From Defluviitaleaceae bacterium (GTDB lineage: Bacteria; Bacillota; Clostridia; Lachnospirales; UBA5962), in contig WQZK01000001.1 of NCBI GenBank assembly GCA_009780765.1, positions 7,246 to 71,245 on the forward strand: 64,000 nt of DNA, read 5' to 3'. Shown one piece after another: positions 28,942 through 39,156 of the stretch. How positions within the stretch are numbered: the first letter of the stretch is position 1; each line of letters starts with the position of its first letter. Position numbers and translations under genes: made by a program. The notes beneath the pieces are model-generated. The model saw only the letters and a program-made list of their open reading frames with translations. It made no database searches and had not been told where the DNA came from.

Positions 28942-30113
28942 TGAATAAAAAACGCATATTATCTGTGTCAGAGCTTACAAACTATATAAAAGGTGTTTTT
29001 GATGACGAACTTATTCTTCATAGTGTAGTTGTAGTGGGAGAAATTGAGGAGTTTAAGCAAGTTGGAACTAATACTTTTTTTACTATAAAAGACGAACATA
29101 GTAGGTTGTCGTGTTCGCTTTTTTCTTGCTATGAGGATATTCCTCTCGGTACTAAAGTAGAGATAACAGGAGCTGTCAATTTTTGGGCGAAAAATTCTAA
29201 AATTAGTTTTGTAGCTAGAGAAATTAAAAAAGTAGGCGAGGGGGAAGAGGCATTAGCTTTATTAAAGCTAAAAGCGACACTTCAATTAGAGGGGGTTTTT
29301 AGTAATAAAAAACAACTCCCAAAATTTATAAATCGAGTATTACTTATTACTAGTGATGCGGGGGCAGTTAGGCACGATTTTACCGAGATTTTATTTAATA
29401 GCAAGGCTAAAGTGGATGTAAAATTTTATCCTGTTAGAGTGCAAGGTGACGAGGCCGTGGCAGATATTATTAAAGCATTAGATGTTGTTAATAATAATGA
29501 TATTGCAGATGTAGTAGTTGTTATGCGTGGCGGAGGCTCGGCGGGGGATTTATCGGTTTTTAACAGCGAGGGTATTGCTAGAGCAGTTAGTAGCTGTAGG
29601 GTGTTTACAATTTCGGCTGTTGGGCACGAAACAGATACAACGCTATGCGATTACGCTAGTGATCTTAGAATGCCAACGCCGAGTGCTTCGGCAAGTTTTG
29701 TGGCGGAAAAATTACTTAGTGTATATAATAAAGTAGTTACTTTAGGTTTATTGCTTGCGGAAAATTTAGATAAGCTGTATAATGCTAATTACGCAAGGGC
29801 GATGTTAGCCAGCTTTTCAGTTGAGAGATTTGCTGGTGATAGAATTACATTAGCAACAGCTAATACAAAAATGCTTAGTGCGAGACTTAACTTTGCTGTA
29901 GATAACTTACTTCAGGAAAAAGAAATGTTATTAGCTTCGTTATCAGTAAAGTTAGATAGTGCTAGCCCGCTAAAAATGCTTTCTAAAGGTTACGCTAGGA
30001 TAGAAAAAGATAAAAAAGCCGTAGTAAGTGCCAAATATCTAAAGCTGGGCGATAACATAAATATTTTTTACTCTGATGGTAAAGTCGGGGCGAAAGTTAT
30101 GGAAAAGGATTAA
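28941..30113 (+). CDS. xseA: Exodeoxyribonuclease VII large subunit
   Basis: 'LSVSELTNYIKGVFDDE' OB-fold N-terminus, 'RGGGSAGDLSVFN', 'ISAVGHETDTTLCDYASDLRMPTPSA'. Confidence 0.95.
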   Translation: MNKKRILSVSELTNYIKGVFDDELILHSVVVVGEIEEFKQVGTNTFFTIKDEHSRLSCSLFSCYEDIPLGTKVEITGAVNFWAKNSKISFVAREIKKVGEGEEALALLKLKATLQLEGVFSNKKQLPKFINRVLLITSDAGAVRHDFTEILFNSKAKVDVKFYPVRVQGDEAVADIIKALDVVNNNDIADVVVVMRGGGSAGDLSVFNSEGIARAVSSCRVFTISAVGHETDTTLCDYASDLRMPTPSASASFVAEKLLSVYNKVVTLGLLLAENLDKLYNANYARAMLASFSVERFAGDRITLATANTKMLSARLNFAVDNLLQEKEMLLASLSVKLDSASPLKMLSKGYARIEKDKKAVVSAKYLKLGDNINIFYSDGKVGAKVMEKD

Positions 30114-30196
30114 GGCTTGAAAAAGTTTTGGTTAAAATTGCGATAGTTGATTTTTTTAGCAATTTTTATGCAAATAGTTTTCGGGCAACAAAAAAT

Positions 30197-30403
30197 ATGA
30201 GTTTTGAAAAAAAATTAACCTCGCTAGAGGATTTAGTAAAAAAATTAGAAAATAAAAATCTTCCATTAGAGGAAGGAATTGCTTTTTTCGAAGAAGGGCT
30301 TTCTTTAACAAAGGAATGTCTAAGTTCTCTACATATTGCGAAAAATAGAATTAGTGTTATAAAAGAGGAAATGGGTAAGCTAATTGAAGAACCGTTAAAT
30401 TAA
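30197..30403 (+). CDS. xseB: Exodeoxyribonuclease VII small subunit
   Basis: 'SFEKKLTSLEDLVKKLENKNLPLEEGIAFFEEGLSLTKEC'. The ATG at 30197 is preferred over the TTG at 30128 given in the ORF track. Confidence 0.9.
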   Translation: MSFEKKLTSLEDLVKKLENKNLPLEEGIAFFEEGLSLTKECLSSLHIAKNRISVIKEEMGKLIEEPLN

Positions 30404-30406
30404 CTA

Positions 30407-31267
30407 ATGAATTTTCAAAAATTATATGATCAAAAGGTTGAGAATTTTGAAACTCAACTAAGGCGAGTTTTCGCAGATGTTAAAGATGTTCCGGAGCTAC
30501 TTTATAAAGCTATGGAATATAGTTTAATAAACGGCGGTAAAAGATTGCGTCCTATATTACTTCTTGAGACTTATAAAATGTTTGCAGGCGAGCCTAACGA
30601 AAATATTATAAAGTTTGCTGTTGCTATAGAATGTATTCATATTTATAGCTTAATTCACGATGACTTGCCCAGTATGGATGATGATGATTTTAGGCGAGGT
30701 AAGCCAACTAACCACAAACTCTTTGGCGAGGGTGTTGCGATTTTGGCGGGCGATGCGTTACTTAATCTAGCGTATGAACTGATTATTGAAGCCTCGCTTG
30801 CTAGTGAAGATTATAAAAAGTATCTAAAGGCTAGTAATTATATAGCTAAAAGTATGGGGGCTAGAGGATTGATTGCGGGGCAAGTTATAGATATAAAGGC
30901 GGGCGACACGATTTCTGGCGATACTTTAAAGTTTGTGGTTAGGCATAAAACAGGTAATTTAATTATAGCTCCGTGTGCTAGTGGTGCGATTTTAGGTGGA
31001 GCTAGCATAGAGGAAATAGAGCATATGGTAAATTTTGCCGACTACTTTAGTTATGCTTTTCAAATCAGAGATGATGTGTTAGATTACAACGACAAAGGCA
31101 AAAAAGATAATAACACTTCATTTGTAAACATATACGGAAAAAGTAGAGCCACGCAAACTCTAGGTGATAGTACGCAAAGAGCAATAAAAGTATTGAAACA
31201 ATTAGAGGGTAAAAATACTAACTTTTTTAAGGATTTAGCACTAAAGTTTGCACTTAGAAAGCAATAG
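30407..31267 (+). CDS. ispA: (2E,6E)-farnesyl diphosphate synthase / polyprenyl synthetase
   Basis: First Asp-rich motif 'LIHDDLPSMDDDDFRRGKPT' and second 'FQIRDDVLD'. Confidence 0.92.
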   Translation: MNFQKLYDQKVENFETQLRRVFADVKDVPELLYKAMEYSLINGGKRLRPILLLETYKMFAGEPNENIIKFAVAIECIHIYSLIHDDLPSMDDDDFRRGKPTNHKLFGEGVAILAGDALLNLAYELIIEASLASEDYKKYLKASNYIAKSMGARGLIAGQVIDIKAGDTISGDTLKFVVRHKTGNLIIAPCASGAILGGASIEEIEHMVNFADYFSYAFQIRDDVLDYNDKGKKDNNTSFVNIYGKSRATQTLGDSTQRAIKVLKQLEGKNTNFFKDLALKFALRKQ

Positions 31268-31379
31268 AAGTTAAAATAAATAATAGCTAAACGATAAATA
31301 AAACTGCTAAATTATAGGGGCGGTTAATGTCCGCCTCTACAATTCAGTTGGTTTTAATTTTCATAGATTTTTAATCTTA

Positions 31380-33239
31380 ATGGATTACAAATACTTACAT
31401 AAAATCAGCTTGCCAAGCGAGTTGAAAAAATTAACTCTAGAGCAAAAAAAGGAATATGCTTTAGAACTGCGGGCATATATAACGCAAACCTCTATAAAGT
31501 CTGGAGGACATTTGGCGTCGAGTTTGGGTGCAGTCGAGATTGCTATTGCACTTCACAGTGTTTTAAATTCTCCACAAGATAAAATTCTATGGGATGTTGG
31601 TCACCAAGCGTATGCTCATAAAATGATGACGGGCAGAGTAGAAGGTTTTGAGAATTTACGAACGGATGAAGGAATATCAGGATTTCCAAAGCCGAGTGAA
31701 AGTGAGCATGACGCTTTTATAGCGGGGCATGCTTCTAATGCGTTATCGGTTGCGGTTGGGCTAGCAAGGGCAAGTAGGTTACAAAATGAAAACCGCATGA
31801 TCGTTTGCGTCGTTGGTGATGGGGCATTAACAGGCGGTTTAACATTGGAGGCACTTAATGATTTGGGTGCCAGTAACGAAAAAGTTATTATCATACTAAA
31901 CGATAACGATATGAGTATATCAAAAAATGTCGGCGGTATGAGTAAATATTTTACTAAGTTAAGGATTGCTCCTAGTTACCTAAATTTTAAACAAAAAACT
32001 CGTCGTGTTGTATCAGCGATACCATTTATTGGGCATGGCTTATTTAAGTTCTTAGACAAAATCAGACGAATTTTTAGTACGCTTGTCGGCACAAATAAAA
32101 TGTTCGAGCAGTTGGGGATTAGATATTACGGTCCTTATGATGGGCATGATTTGGGCAATCTTACAAAAATGATTTCTCAAGCAACTAGCATAAACGGACC
32201 AGTGTTACTACATGTAATTACTAAAAAAGGTAAAGGTTTTGAAGATGCTGAAAATAATCCGAGTGCATATCACGGGTTAGCACCGTTAGGTGAAAAAAGT
32301 GAACAAAAATTTTCGGATATAGTAGGAGAAACGCTCTGTGAATTAGCAAAAAACAACGATAAGATTTGTGCCATTACGGCGGCTATGGCGCAAGGTACAG
32401 GTTTAGAGAGCTTTGGTGAGGCATATAATGATAGATTTTTTGATGTTGGTATAGCAGAGGGTCACGCTGTAACACTAGCAGGCGGTTTAGCTAAAGGCGG
32501 GCTAAAGCCGTTTGTATGTCTATATAGTTCGTTTTTGCAAAGAGGCTACGACCAAATTATTCATGATGTTGCTATAGATAATCTACCGGTAATCTTTCTA
32601 ATAGATAGGGCAGGAGTTGTGGGTGCAGACGGAGTTACTCATCAAGGAGTATTTGATTTATCTTATCTATTTAGCATTCCTAACCTGACTGTGCTTAGCC
32701 CAAAGGACGGCGACGAGTTAAAAGCAATGATAGAGTTTGCGACGGAGTTTAATGCTCCGCTAGTAATAAGATACCCGAAATCATACGAGAAAAATTATGG
32801 TTTTGCAACAGAGTTTGAAGTTGGTAAGTGGGAATCATTTCCGTTTGTAGAAGGTTTTGGAGAGGATAGCCAAGAGAGAGATTGCGATTACAACAAATAT
32901 ATTTTAGCTGTAGGTAATCGTATGTTAAAACTAGCAACTGGAACAAAAGGTGCGTGTATTATAAATGCTAGAAGTGTAAAGCCGTTAGACAAAGAACTTT
33001 TAACAGAGATAGCAAAAGAAAATACTTTAATAATAACTCTAGAAGATAATGCTCTAAATGGTGGTTTCGGCAATAGCGTACTAGTATTTTATAATAAAAA
33101 CAATTTAATCAAACGAGGTATGCGTATCATAACATTAGGTTTATCAGATAATTTTATTCACACTCACAATATAGATAAAGCTTTTGCTGATAATAATTTA
33201 ACTAAAGAGTATCTACAGAATATAATAGATAAACATTAG
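31380..33239 (+). CDS. dxs: 1-deoxy-D-xylulose-5-phosphate synthase
   Basis: 'GGHLASSLGAVEIAIALH', 'WDVGHQAYAHK', 'GDGALTGG' (TPP motif), 'IAEGHAVT'. 619 aa. Confidence 0.97.
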   Translation: MDYKYLHKISLPSELKKLTLEQKKEYALELRAYITQTSIKSGGHLASSLGAVEIAIALHSVLNSPQDKILWDVGHQAYAHKMMTGRVEGFENLRTDEGISGFPKPSESEHDAFIAGHASNALSVAVGLARASRLQNENRMIVCVVGDGALTGGLTLEALNDLGASNEKVIIILNDNDMSISKNVGGMSKYFTKLRIAPSYLNFKQKTRRVVSAIPFIGHGLFKFLDKIRRIFSTLVGTNKMFEQLGIRYYGPYDGHDLGNLTKMISQATSINGPVLLHVITKKGKGFEDAENNPSAYHGLAPLGEKSEQKFSDIVGETLCELAKNNDKICAITAAMAQGTGLESFGEAYNDRFFDVGIAEGHAVTLAGGLAKGGLKPFVCLYSSFLQRGYDQIIHDVAIDNLPVIFLIDRAGVVGADGVTHQGVFDLSYLFSIPNLTVLSPKDGDELKAMIEFATEFNAPLVIRYPKSYEKNYGFATEFEVGKWESFPFVEGFGEDSQERDCDYNKYILAVGNRMLKLATGTKGACIINARSVKPLDKELLTEIAKENTLIITLEDNALNGGFGNSVLVFYNKNNLIKRGMRIITLGLSDNFIHTHNIDKAFADNNLTKEYLQNIIDKH

Positions 33240-33247
33240 GATAATTT

Positions 33248-34432
33248 ATGAATTACGAAAATAAAATAAATAAAACAGTACAAAATATACCGCCTAGCGG
33301 AATTAGAAAATTTTTCGATATAGCTTCTACTATAAAAGATGCTATATCACTTGGAGTGGGAGAGCCGGATTTTATAACGCCAGATTATATTAGAGAAGCT
33401 GGAATAAAGTCTATTAAAGAAGGCAAAACAGCATATACTTCCAACCAAGGAGAGTATGCTTTGCGTGTTGCAATCAGCGACTATCTAGAAACTCGTTTTG
33501 AAGTAAGCTATCGTCCAGATACGGAAATTTTTATTACAGTTGGTGCCAGTGAAGCTATAGACTTATCACTTAGAGCAATTATAAATCCGGGTGAAGAAGT
33601 GCTTTTAACAGATCCTGGTTATGTTAGTTATGCTCCAAATATTACTCTTGTCGGAGGTGTTCCCAAACCTATAAAAACAATTTTCGAAAACAATTTTAAG
33701 TTAACTCCCGAGGCATTAGAAAAAGCGATTACTAAAAAAACAAAGGCGATAATTTTGTCCTATCCTTGTAACCCAACGGGTGCTATAATGACTAAATCAG
33801 AGTTGCAAGTGCTTATTCCTATAATAAAAAAGCACGATTTATTAGTTATAGCAGATGAGATTTATGCAGAATTAACATATTCCGGCATACATACCTCAGT
33901 GGCATCGCTGGAGGATATGAAAAACAGAACCATATATATAAGTGGATTTTCTAAAGCATTTGCTATGACGGGCTGGCGGATAGGTTATGTTGGTGCCCCT
34001 AAAGAGATTATGGACGCTATGGTTAAAATGCATCAATATACTATAATGAGTGCCCCTACAGTGGGTCAATATGCTGCTATTGCTGCTTTAGAAGAGGGCA
34101 AAAAAGAAGAATTTATCACAGTTAAAAAAATGCGGGATAGCTATAATGAGCGTCGTGTATTTGTAATTGATAGCTTTAATCGATTGGGATTAACCTGTAA
34201 TTCGGCAGAAGGAGCCTTTTACGCTTTTCCATCTGTTAAAAGCACAGACTTAACAGGCGATAATTTTGCTGAAAGATTACTTTTAACCCAAAAGGTGGCA
34301 GTAGTTCCTGGCAGTGGCTTTGGAGCCGAAGGCTTAAACTATATTCGTGCTTGTTATGCTACAAGTATGCAAAACCTAAAAACCGCTGTGCAAAAAGTTG
34401 AGAGTTTTTTATATGATTTGAAAAGATTGTAA
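33248..34432 (+). CDS. Class I/II pyridoxal-phosphate-dependent aminotransferase (aspartate/aromatic-like)
   Basis: 'LGVGEPDF', 'YPCNPTG', 'DEIYAEL', and the PLP-lysine block 'SGFSKAFAMTGWRIGY'. Confidence 0.9.
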   Translation: MNYENKINKTVQNIPPSGIRKFFDIASTIKDAISLGVGEPDFITPDYIREAGIKSIKEGKTAYTSNQGEYALRVAISDYLETRFEVSYRPDTEIFITVGASEAIDLSLRAIINPGEEVLLTDPGYVSYAPNITLVGGVPKPIKTIFENNFKLTPEALEKAITKKTKAIILSYPCNPTGAIMTKSELQVLIPIIKKHDLLVIADEIYAELTYSGIHTSVASLEDMKNRTIYISGFSKAFAMTGWRIGYVGAPKEIMDAMVKMHQYTIMSAPTVGQYAAIAALEEGKKEEFITVKKMRDSYNERRVFVIDSFNRLGLTCNSAEGAFYAFPSVKSTDLTGDNFAERLLLTQKVAVVPGSGFGAEGLNYIRACYATSMQNLKTAVQKVESFLYDLKRL

Positions 34433-34610
34433 AATAGTTTTTTTATTTGACTTTTAAAATCAATATATTATAATGGTTTTGTTGAGCAAATAGAGTAATA
34501 AATTTTAATTAGTATAGCTTTTACTCAACAGGCATATAATTTTATTTTGGAGGGAGATCTTGAAAAACCTTCGGCATAACTAAGAAAGCGGATTGCTTTT
34601 AGAAGCCTTT

Positions 34611-35408
34611 ATGCGAAGAATTTTCGGACAGCAAAAAATTATGATAACAGGAAATCCAGCTCTTGGGCGAATTTCTAGAATGAATGAAGGTGTAGCGGTA
34701 ACAGAAACGGCTACTTATGGCGGCATTGCTAGAAAGAGTATATTTTTAGTGTTATTAACCTTTATTAGTGCGATTGCTTCTTTTATAGGTTTTAGCTTTA
34801 TGGATATTTACGCTAATTTTAACCTAATAATAGGACTACTTATCGGTAGCGGTATACTTACATTTATATTAGGTTTTGTAGCAATACTTAATCCTAATGC
34901 CACAAAAATAGCAGGAAGTATTTATGCGGTATTGCAAGGTCTTACGATGGGCTTTACGGCACTTATGGTAACATATTGGGGTTTTGGTGGAGAGGTGTTT
35001 TCGGCACTACTTGCTACAATCGGTGTGTTTGGTATTATGATGATACTTTACTCAACTGGAATAATTAGAGTTGGTAGTGGATTTAGAAAGTTTATGATTT
35101 CGGCTCTTATCGGCATGTTGTTTGTTAATTTAGTATTGTTTTTAATAGCACTTATCGGCGGTATTGGTGGTAATATGTGGATGATGTTTTTTGGTAATGG
35201 TCCTTTAGCAATTGGTATAAATGTGGTTATGGTAATTTTAGCATCGCTTATGATACTATTAGACCTAAATCGTATGACAATGATAGTACAGGCAGGACTA
35301 GATAAACGCTTTGAGTGGGTAGCTAGTTTTGGACTGCTTATAACACTAATTTGGTTGTATATGGAGTTTTTACGATTATTTATAAGGATAGCCAGTAGAA
35401 GTAGATAA
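34611..35408 (+). CDS. Bax inhibitor-1/YccA-like membrane protein
   Basis: Seven hydrophobic segments and a C-terminal 'IWLYMEFLRLFIRI' like the BI-1 'LYLDFINLFL' tail. The start is uncertain (TTG 34593, ATG 34611 or ATG 34641). Confidence 0.6.
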   Translation: MRRIFGQQKIMITGNPALGRISRMNEGVAVTETATYGGIARKSIFLVLLTFISAIASFIGFSFMDIYANFNLIIGLLIGSGILTFILGFVAILNPNATKIAGSIYAVLQGLTMGFTALMVTYWGFGGEVFSALLATIGVFGIMMILYSTGIIRVGSGFRKFMISALIGMLFVNLVLFLIALIGGIGGNMWMMFFGNGPLAIGINVVMVILASLMILLDLNRMTMIVQAGLDKRFEWVASFGLLITLIWLYMEFLRLFIRIASRSR

Positions 35409-35424
35409 AAATGATAATATATAC

Positions 35425-35462
35425 AAAACATCCCTTGCTTGTTTTTAAGTGAGGGATGTTTT
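35425..35462. terminator. Bidirectional intrinsic terminator between convergent genes
   Basis: Perfect 11-bp stem AAAACATCCCT / AGGGATGTTTT with a 16-nt loop. A/T runs lie on both sides. Confidence 0.75.
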
Positions 35463-35500
35463 ATGTTTTTTATGAAAGATATTTATGAAAGATAAAAGTA

Positions 35501-36409
35501 TTAGGCTGTTTTTATTTTGGGGTTTACTATTATGTAAACAATATCACTTAAAAGAACACCTAAAATAGTTAGCATCGCTAAAAAGAGATTAAAGCCCATT
35601 ACAAAATTAAAATCGCCCGCCATTAGTGCTCTAAAGGCGGCAAAGCCAATTCCTGGTAGCGAAAAAACAATTTCCACAAACATAGTGCCGGCAAATATTG
35701 TCGGAAGCACACTAGCCATAAAAGTAGATAGAGGGATGGCAGTATTTTTTAGTGCAAACTTATTTATAACGGTTTTTTCTTTAACTCCCATTGCTCGAGC
35801 AGTTCTTATGTAGTCGCTATCTAAAACTTCTAGCAGATTTGCTTTAGTATGTCTGGCTAGTGTACCAATATTTAAAATGGCGATTGTAAACACAGGCAAA
35901 ATTAAATGCCAAATACGATTAAAAAATATAACTGTGTTAGAAGTACCTTCAGGCAAATTGCCCGAAATTAAACCGAAAGAAGGAAACAATCCTAATTGAA
36001 TCGCAAGAAAATGAATGATAATAGCTGCTATGAAAAATGCAGGGAATGCTGTGCTAATCAGTACTAAAGTAGAGCTAACTATATCAAACTTAGAATTTTG
36101 TTTTGTGGCACATTTTATTCCTAATGGTATTGCAATAAGATAGGCAATAGTTAAGCCTAAAAACATTATAAATGCTGAAATTCCAATATGTTCTAATATA
36201 GCCGTGCTAACAGGCTGTTGAAACAAAAATGAGAATCCGAGATCCCCTCTTAGAATATTTCTAAGCCATGTAAAATAACTTGCAAAAAAGGATAGGCTTA
36301 TTCCACGAAGCAACATAAGCATAAGCACAATACTGCCGTATAAAATAAATGAAAAGGCAAGTAAAATAAATGCACTTATAATTAGTCTTTTTATAATTTT
36401 TTTTACCAT
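35501..36409 (-). CDS. ABC transporter permease, OppB/DppB-like (solitary)
   Basis: BPD_transp_1-type EAA loop region 'YIRTARAMGVKEKTVINKFALKNT' and 6 TM segments. No OppC/D/F/A partner is adjacent. Confidence 0.8.
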   Translation of the reverse strand: MVKKIIKRLIISAFILLAFSFILYGSIVLMLMLLRGISLSFFASYFTWLRNILRGDLGFSFLFQQPVSTAILEHIGISAFIMFLGLTIAYLIAIPLGIKCATKQNSKFDIVSSTLVLISTAFPAFFIAAIIIHFLAIQLGLFPSFGLISGNLPEGTSNTVIFFNRIWHLILPVFTIAILNIGTLARHTKANLLEVLDSDYIRTARAMGVKEKTVINKFALKNTAIPLSTFMASVLPTIFAGTMFVEIVFSLPGIGFAAFRALMAGDFNFVMGFNLFLAMLTILGVLLSDIVYIIVNPKIKTA

Positions 36410-36623
36410 ATTTTTCTAATTAGCTATTTGCTATTTAGGAATAGCAAAAAATATTTGAATAACAAAAAAGGTGGTTCGAAAAAACAAACACACCTTTGTG
36501 CAATCTTAGGATATAAGATAAAGTATTTCTCTGGATTTGTCAATAGTTTTTTGCTTGTCATAAGGAAGAGCTATGTGTTAATATTAACTTTGTCGCTTTA
36601 GCAATAAGCGAGGAGTAAAAAAT

Positions 36624-38195
36624 ATGTTATCAGTTAATAATGTAAGTCTACAGTTTGGTAGCCGAGTGCTTTTTGAAGGAGTAGACATTAAGTTTACTAA
36701 GGGCAACTGTTACGGGATTATCGGCGCTAACGGGGCAGGCAAAAGTACATTTCTAAAAATTCTTACAGGCGAGATAGAGCCTAATAAAGGTGATGTTCAT
36801 ATCGACAAAAGCGATAGAATGTCGGTTTTAGCACAAAATCAACATCTTTACGACCATTTTACGGCGTTAGAGTGTGTGTTGGCGGGGCATAAGCGTTTAT
36901 CAGAATTAGTGTTAGAGCGAGAGGCACTTTATTCTAAAGAAGATTTTAGTGATGAGGACGGCATTAAAGCAGGTGAGCTAGAAGCAGAATTTGCAGAACT
37001 TGGTGGCTACGAAGCTGAGAGCAGTGCAGAAGCGCTGTTAAACTCACTCAAAATTGACTCAGATTTATTTCATCAAAAAATGGGCGATATCGACCCTAAG
37101 GTTAAAGTTAAGGTGCTACTAGCTCAAAGTCTTTTTGGCAAGCCCGATATTTTGGTGCTGGATGAGCCTACAAATAATTTAGATCCCAAAAGTGTTAAGT
37201 GGCTAGAAAATTATCTTTACGAACTAGAGGATAGTATTATTATAATTGTTTCGCACAATAGGTATTTTCTTAACCGTGTTTGCACTCATATTTGCGATGT
37301 GGATTTTAAGAAAATAAATATGTTTGTAGGAAATTACGATTTTTGGTACGAGACAAGTCAGTTGCTTCAAAGGCAAGCTAAAGAGGCTAATAAAAAGAGC
37401 GAACAGCGAGCTAAAGAATTAAAAGACTTTATAGCTAGATTCTCTGCTAACGCCTCTAAATCTAAGCAAGCAACAAGTCGTAAAAAGGAGTTAGAAAAAC
37501 TCGAATTATCTGACATTAAGCCTTCTAACCGTCGCTATCCGTTTATAGATTTTAAGTACGAAAGAGAAGCGGGCAATGAGATTTTAGAAGTAGAAGGCTT
37601 AACTAAAAAAGGCTTTTTTAAGGATGTTAGCTTTAAGCTAAAAAAAGATGACAGGATTGCGTTTATTACTAGCAAAAGTCCCGTTGTTAGTATGCTGTTT
37701 GATATTATTATGGGCATAGAAAAGCCCGATAAAGGTTTTGTAAAATGGGGGCAGACTATCACAACAGCTTATTTACCTCAAAACTATGACTACTATTTTG
37801 ACGGAGTGGATTTAAATTTGGTGGAATGGCTTGGGCAATACAGTAAAGAAAAATTTGAAGAATACTTGCGTGGTTGGTTAGGCAGAATGTTGTTTAGTGG
37901 TCAAGAAGCATTAAAAAAAGCAAAGGTTTTATCAGGTGGTGAAAAGGTTAGATGTATGCTTTCTCGTATGATGCTTAGCGGTGCTAATTTTTTAGTATTT
38001 GACGAGCCTACAAATCACTTAGATTTAGAAAGCATAACGGCACTTAATAAAGGTATGCAAAACTTTAAAGGTGGCATTATGTTTATTACTCACGACGAAG
38101 AAATTATGAGTACCGTTGCCAACCGCATAATAGAAATAGAAGATACTAAGGTATTAGACAGAGATATGAGTTATGAGGATTACTTAGAGTTATAA
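36624..38195 (+). CDS. ABC-F family ATPase (YbiT-like translation factor type)
   Basis: Two ABC cassettes ('GANGAGKST'...'LVLDEPTNNLD', and 'LSGGEKVR'...'LVFDEPTNHLD') joined by a charged linker, with no TM domain. The N-terminus 'VSLQFGSRVLFEGVDIKF..GNCYGIIGANGAGKSTFLKILTGE' resembles YbiT. Confidence 0.9.
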   Translation: MLSVNNVSLQFGSRVLFEGVDIKFTKGNCYGIIGANGAGKSTFLKILTGEIEPNKGDVHIDKSDRMSVLAQNQHLYDHFTALECVLAGHKRLSELVLEREALYSKEDFSDEDGIKAGELEAEFAELGGYEAESSAEALLNSLKIDSDLFHQKMGDIDPKVKVKVLLAQSLFGKPDILVLDEPTNNLDPKSVKWLENYLYELEDSIIIIVSHNRYFLNRVCTHICDVDFKKINMFVGNYDFWYETSQLLQRQAKEANKKSEQRAKELKDFIARFSANASKSKQATSRKKELEKLELSDIKPSNRRYPFIDFKYEREAGNEILEVEGLTKKGFFKDVSFKLKKDDRIAFITSKSPVVSMLFDIIMGIEKPDKGFVKWGQTITTAYLPQNYDYYFDGVDLNLVEWLGQYSKEKFEEYLRGWLGRMLFSGQEALKKAKVLSGGEKVRCMLSRMMLSGANFLVFDEPTNHLDLESITALNKGMQNFKGGIMFITHDEEIMSTVANRIIEIEDTKVLDRDMSYEDYLEL

Positions 38196-38323
38196 AAAAT
38201 ATAAAAACAACAGAAAATCAATTGATGAGATGTTGCGAGTAATATGTAGTAATATGTAATAGTAAAGTTGTCTTTAGTTTTAGGGGCAAGTAATTCTAAG
38301 GAACTAACAATCAGTAATTGATA

Positions 38324-38364
38324 AAAAACATCAAAAGTATGATTTTTCTACTCTTGATGTTTTT
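38324..38364. terminator. Bidirectional intrinsic terminator
   Basis: Perfect 11-bp stem AAAAACATCAA / TTGATGTTTTT with a 19-nt loop, between convergent genes. Confidence 0.7.
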
Positions 38365-38401
38365 ATATTATTTACTTATTTAGTTATGCAATATTACATA
38401 T

Positions 38402-38722
38402 TTAATTTGCAATATGATTTGCTGACATTTGCTTAAGTAACATTGGTATAAAAGTAAATGTAAAGATAGCCAACAGTAGATTTGCTAGCGGACTAACATC
38501 TCTAGCACCAGCCTTAATTAATCTAACCGATGCAGCATAATGCCAATATAAAGCATATATTCCAAATGTAAATAACATTAGTAAAATATGTAATCCTACA
38601 CCTGCACCGTCACCGGTGGTTCTTTTTAATTCTGCTTGGAACATAACTGTCCATACAAAAGCATAAATACCAAAAGTGATAAAAGTAAATATCACCATTA
38701 GAGCGATTGAGCGTCTTTTCAT
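38402..38722 (-). CDS. DUF4234-like small membrane protein
   Basis: Two copies of the 'FTFGIYA(F/L).W' helix motif typical of DUF4234. 106 aa. Confidence 0.65.
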   Translation of the reverse strand: MKRRSIALMVIFTFITFGIYAFVWTVMFQAELKRTTGDGAGVGLHILLMLFTFGIYALYWHYAASVRLIKAGARDVSPLANLLLAIFTFTFIPMLLKQMSANHIAN

Positions 38723-38875
38723 AAGTTTAAGTTTACTCCTTTAATATATATTTTGCAAAAATCAATATACAGATGTGCCACAATTTAAGCAATATATTCA
38801 GTATATTCAAAGTTAAAAATTCTGTCAAATAAAAAGATACTTAATTTTTATAAAAACAATAAAAAATCAGTTGCG

Positions 38876-38986
38876 ATTTCCGTGGCTACCTCGGATTTTT
38901 GAAAGATGTTTTCTTCCTAAAGTTTAATTTTTTTATCGTTTTCTTCCGCCAAGTTGGACAAATTTTGTTCTCCGTGGCGGATTTTT
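38876..38986. repeat. Cluster of four degenerate direct repeats at the left edge of the defence island
   Basis: Units: ATTTCCGTGGCTACCTCGGATTTTT; (GAAAGATG)TTTTCTTCCTAAAGTTTAA; TTTTCTTCCGCCAAGTTGGACAAA; TTCTCCGTGGCGGATTTTT. They are related to the cluster at 56932-57020. Confidence 0.5.
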
Positions 38987-39117
38987 AATTGGTACGGGGG
39001 TGCAGAGAAGTTGAAAAAATATGCCACAATGTGAATGAGAGGCTTTAGCGAGGTTTTATGGCTTGAAGAGTTTGATAAAATAGTTTGAAATAAATAATAA
39101 AAGGTGTGATTTTTTGC

Positions 39118-39146
39118 TTGACATTATGTCGCAAATATATTATTAT
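39118..39146 (+). promoter_or_regulatory. Promoter of abiEi/abiEii
   Basis: TTGACA (39118-39123), a 17-nt spacer, then TATTAT (39141-39146). The abiEi ATG at 39157 lies only 10 nt after the -10 box. Confidence 0.55.
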
Positions 39147-39156
39147 ATACGAGCAT

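Noticed and set aside
36473-36480. GGTTCGAA, a T-loop-like tRNA signature, in the intergenic region upstream of the ABC-F gene.
   Set aside because: No acceptor, D or anticodon stems can be drawn around it. I found no tRNA, rRNA or CRISPR array anywhere in the window.
36434-36503. Hairpins TTTGCTATT/AATAGCAAA and AAAGGTG/CACCTTT upstream of the ABC-F gene, as a possible ARE-type leader attenuator.
   Set aside because: There is no leader peptide ORF with an SD and no terminator T-run on the sense strand. The protein looks like housekeeping YbiT rather than an antibiotic-resistance ABC-F.
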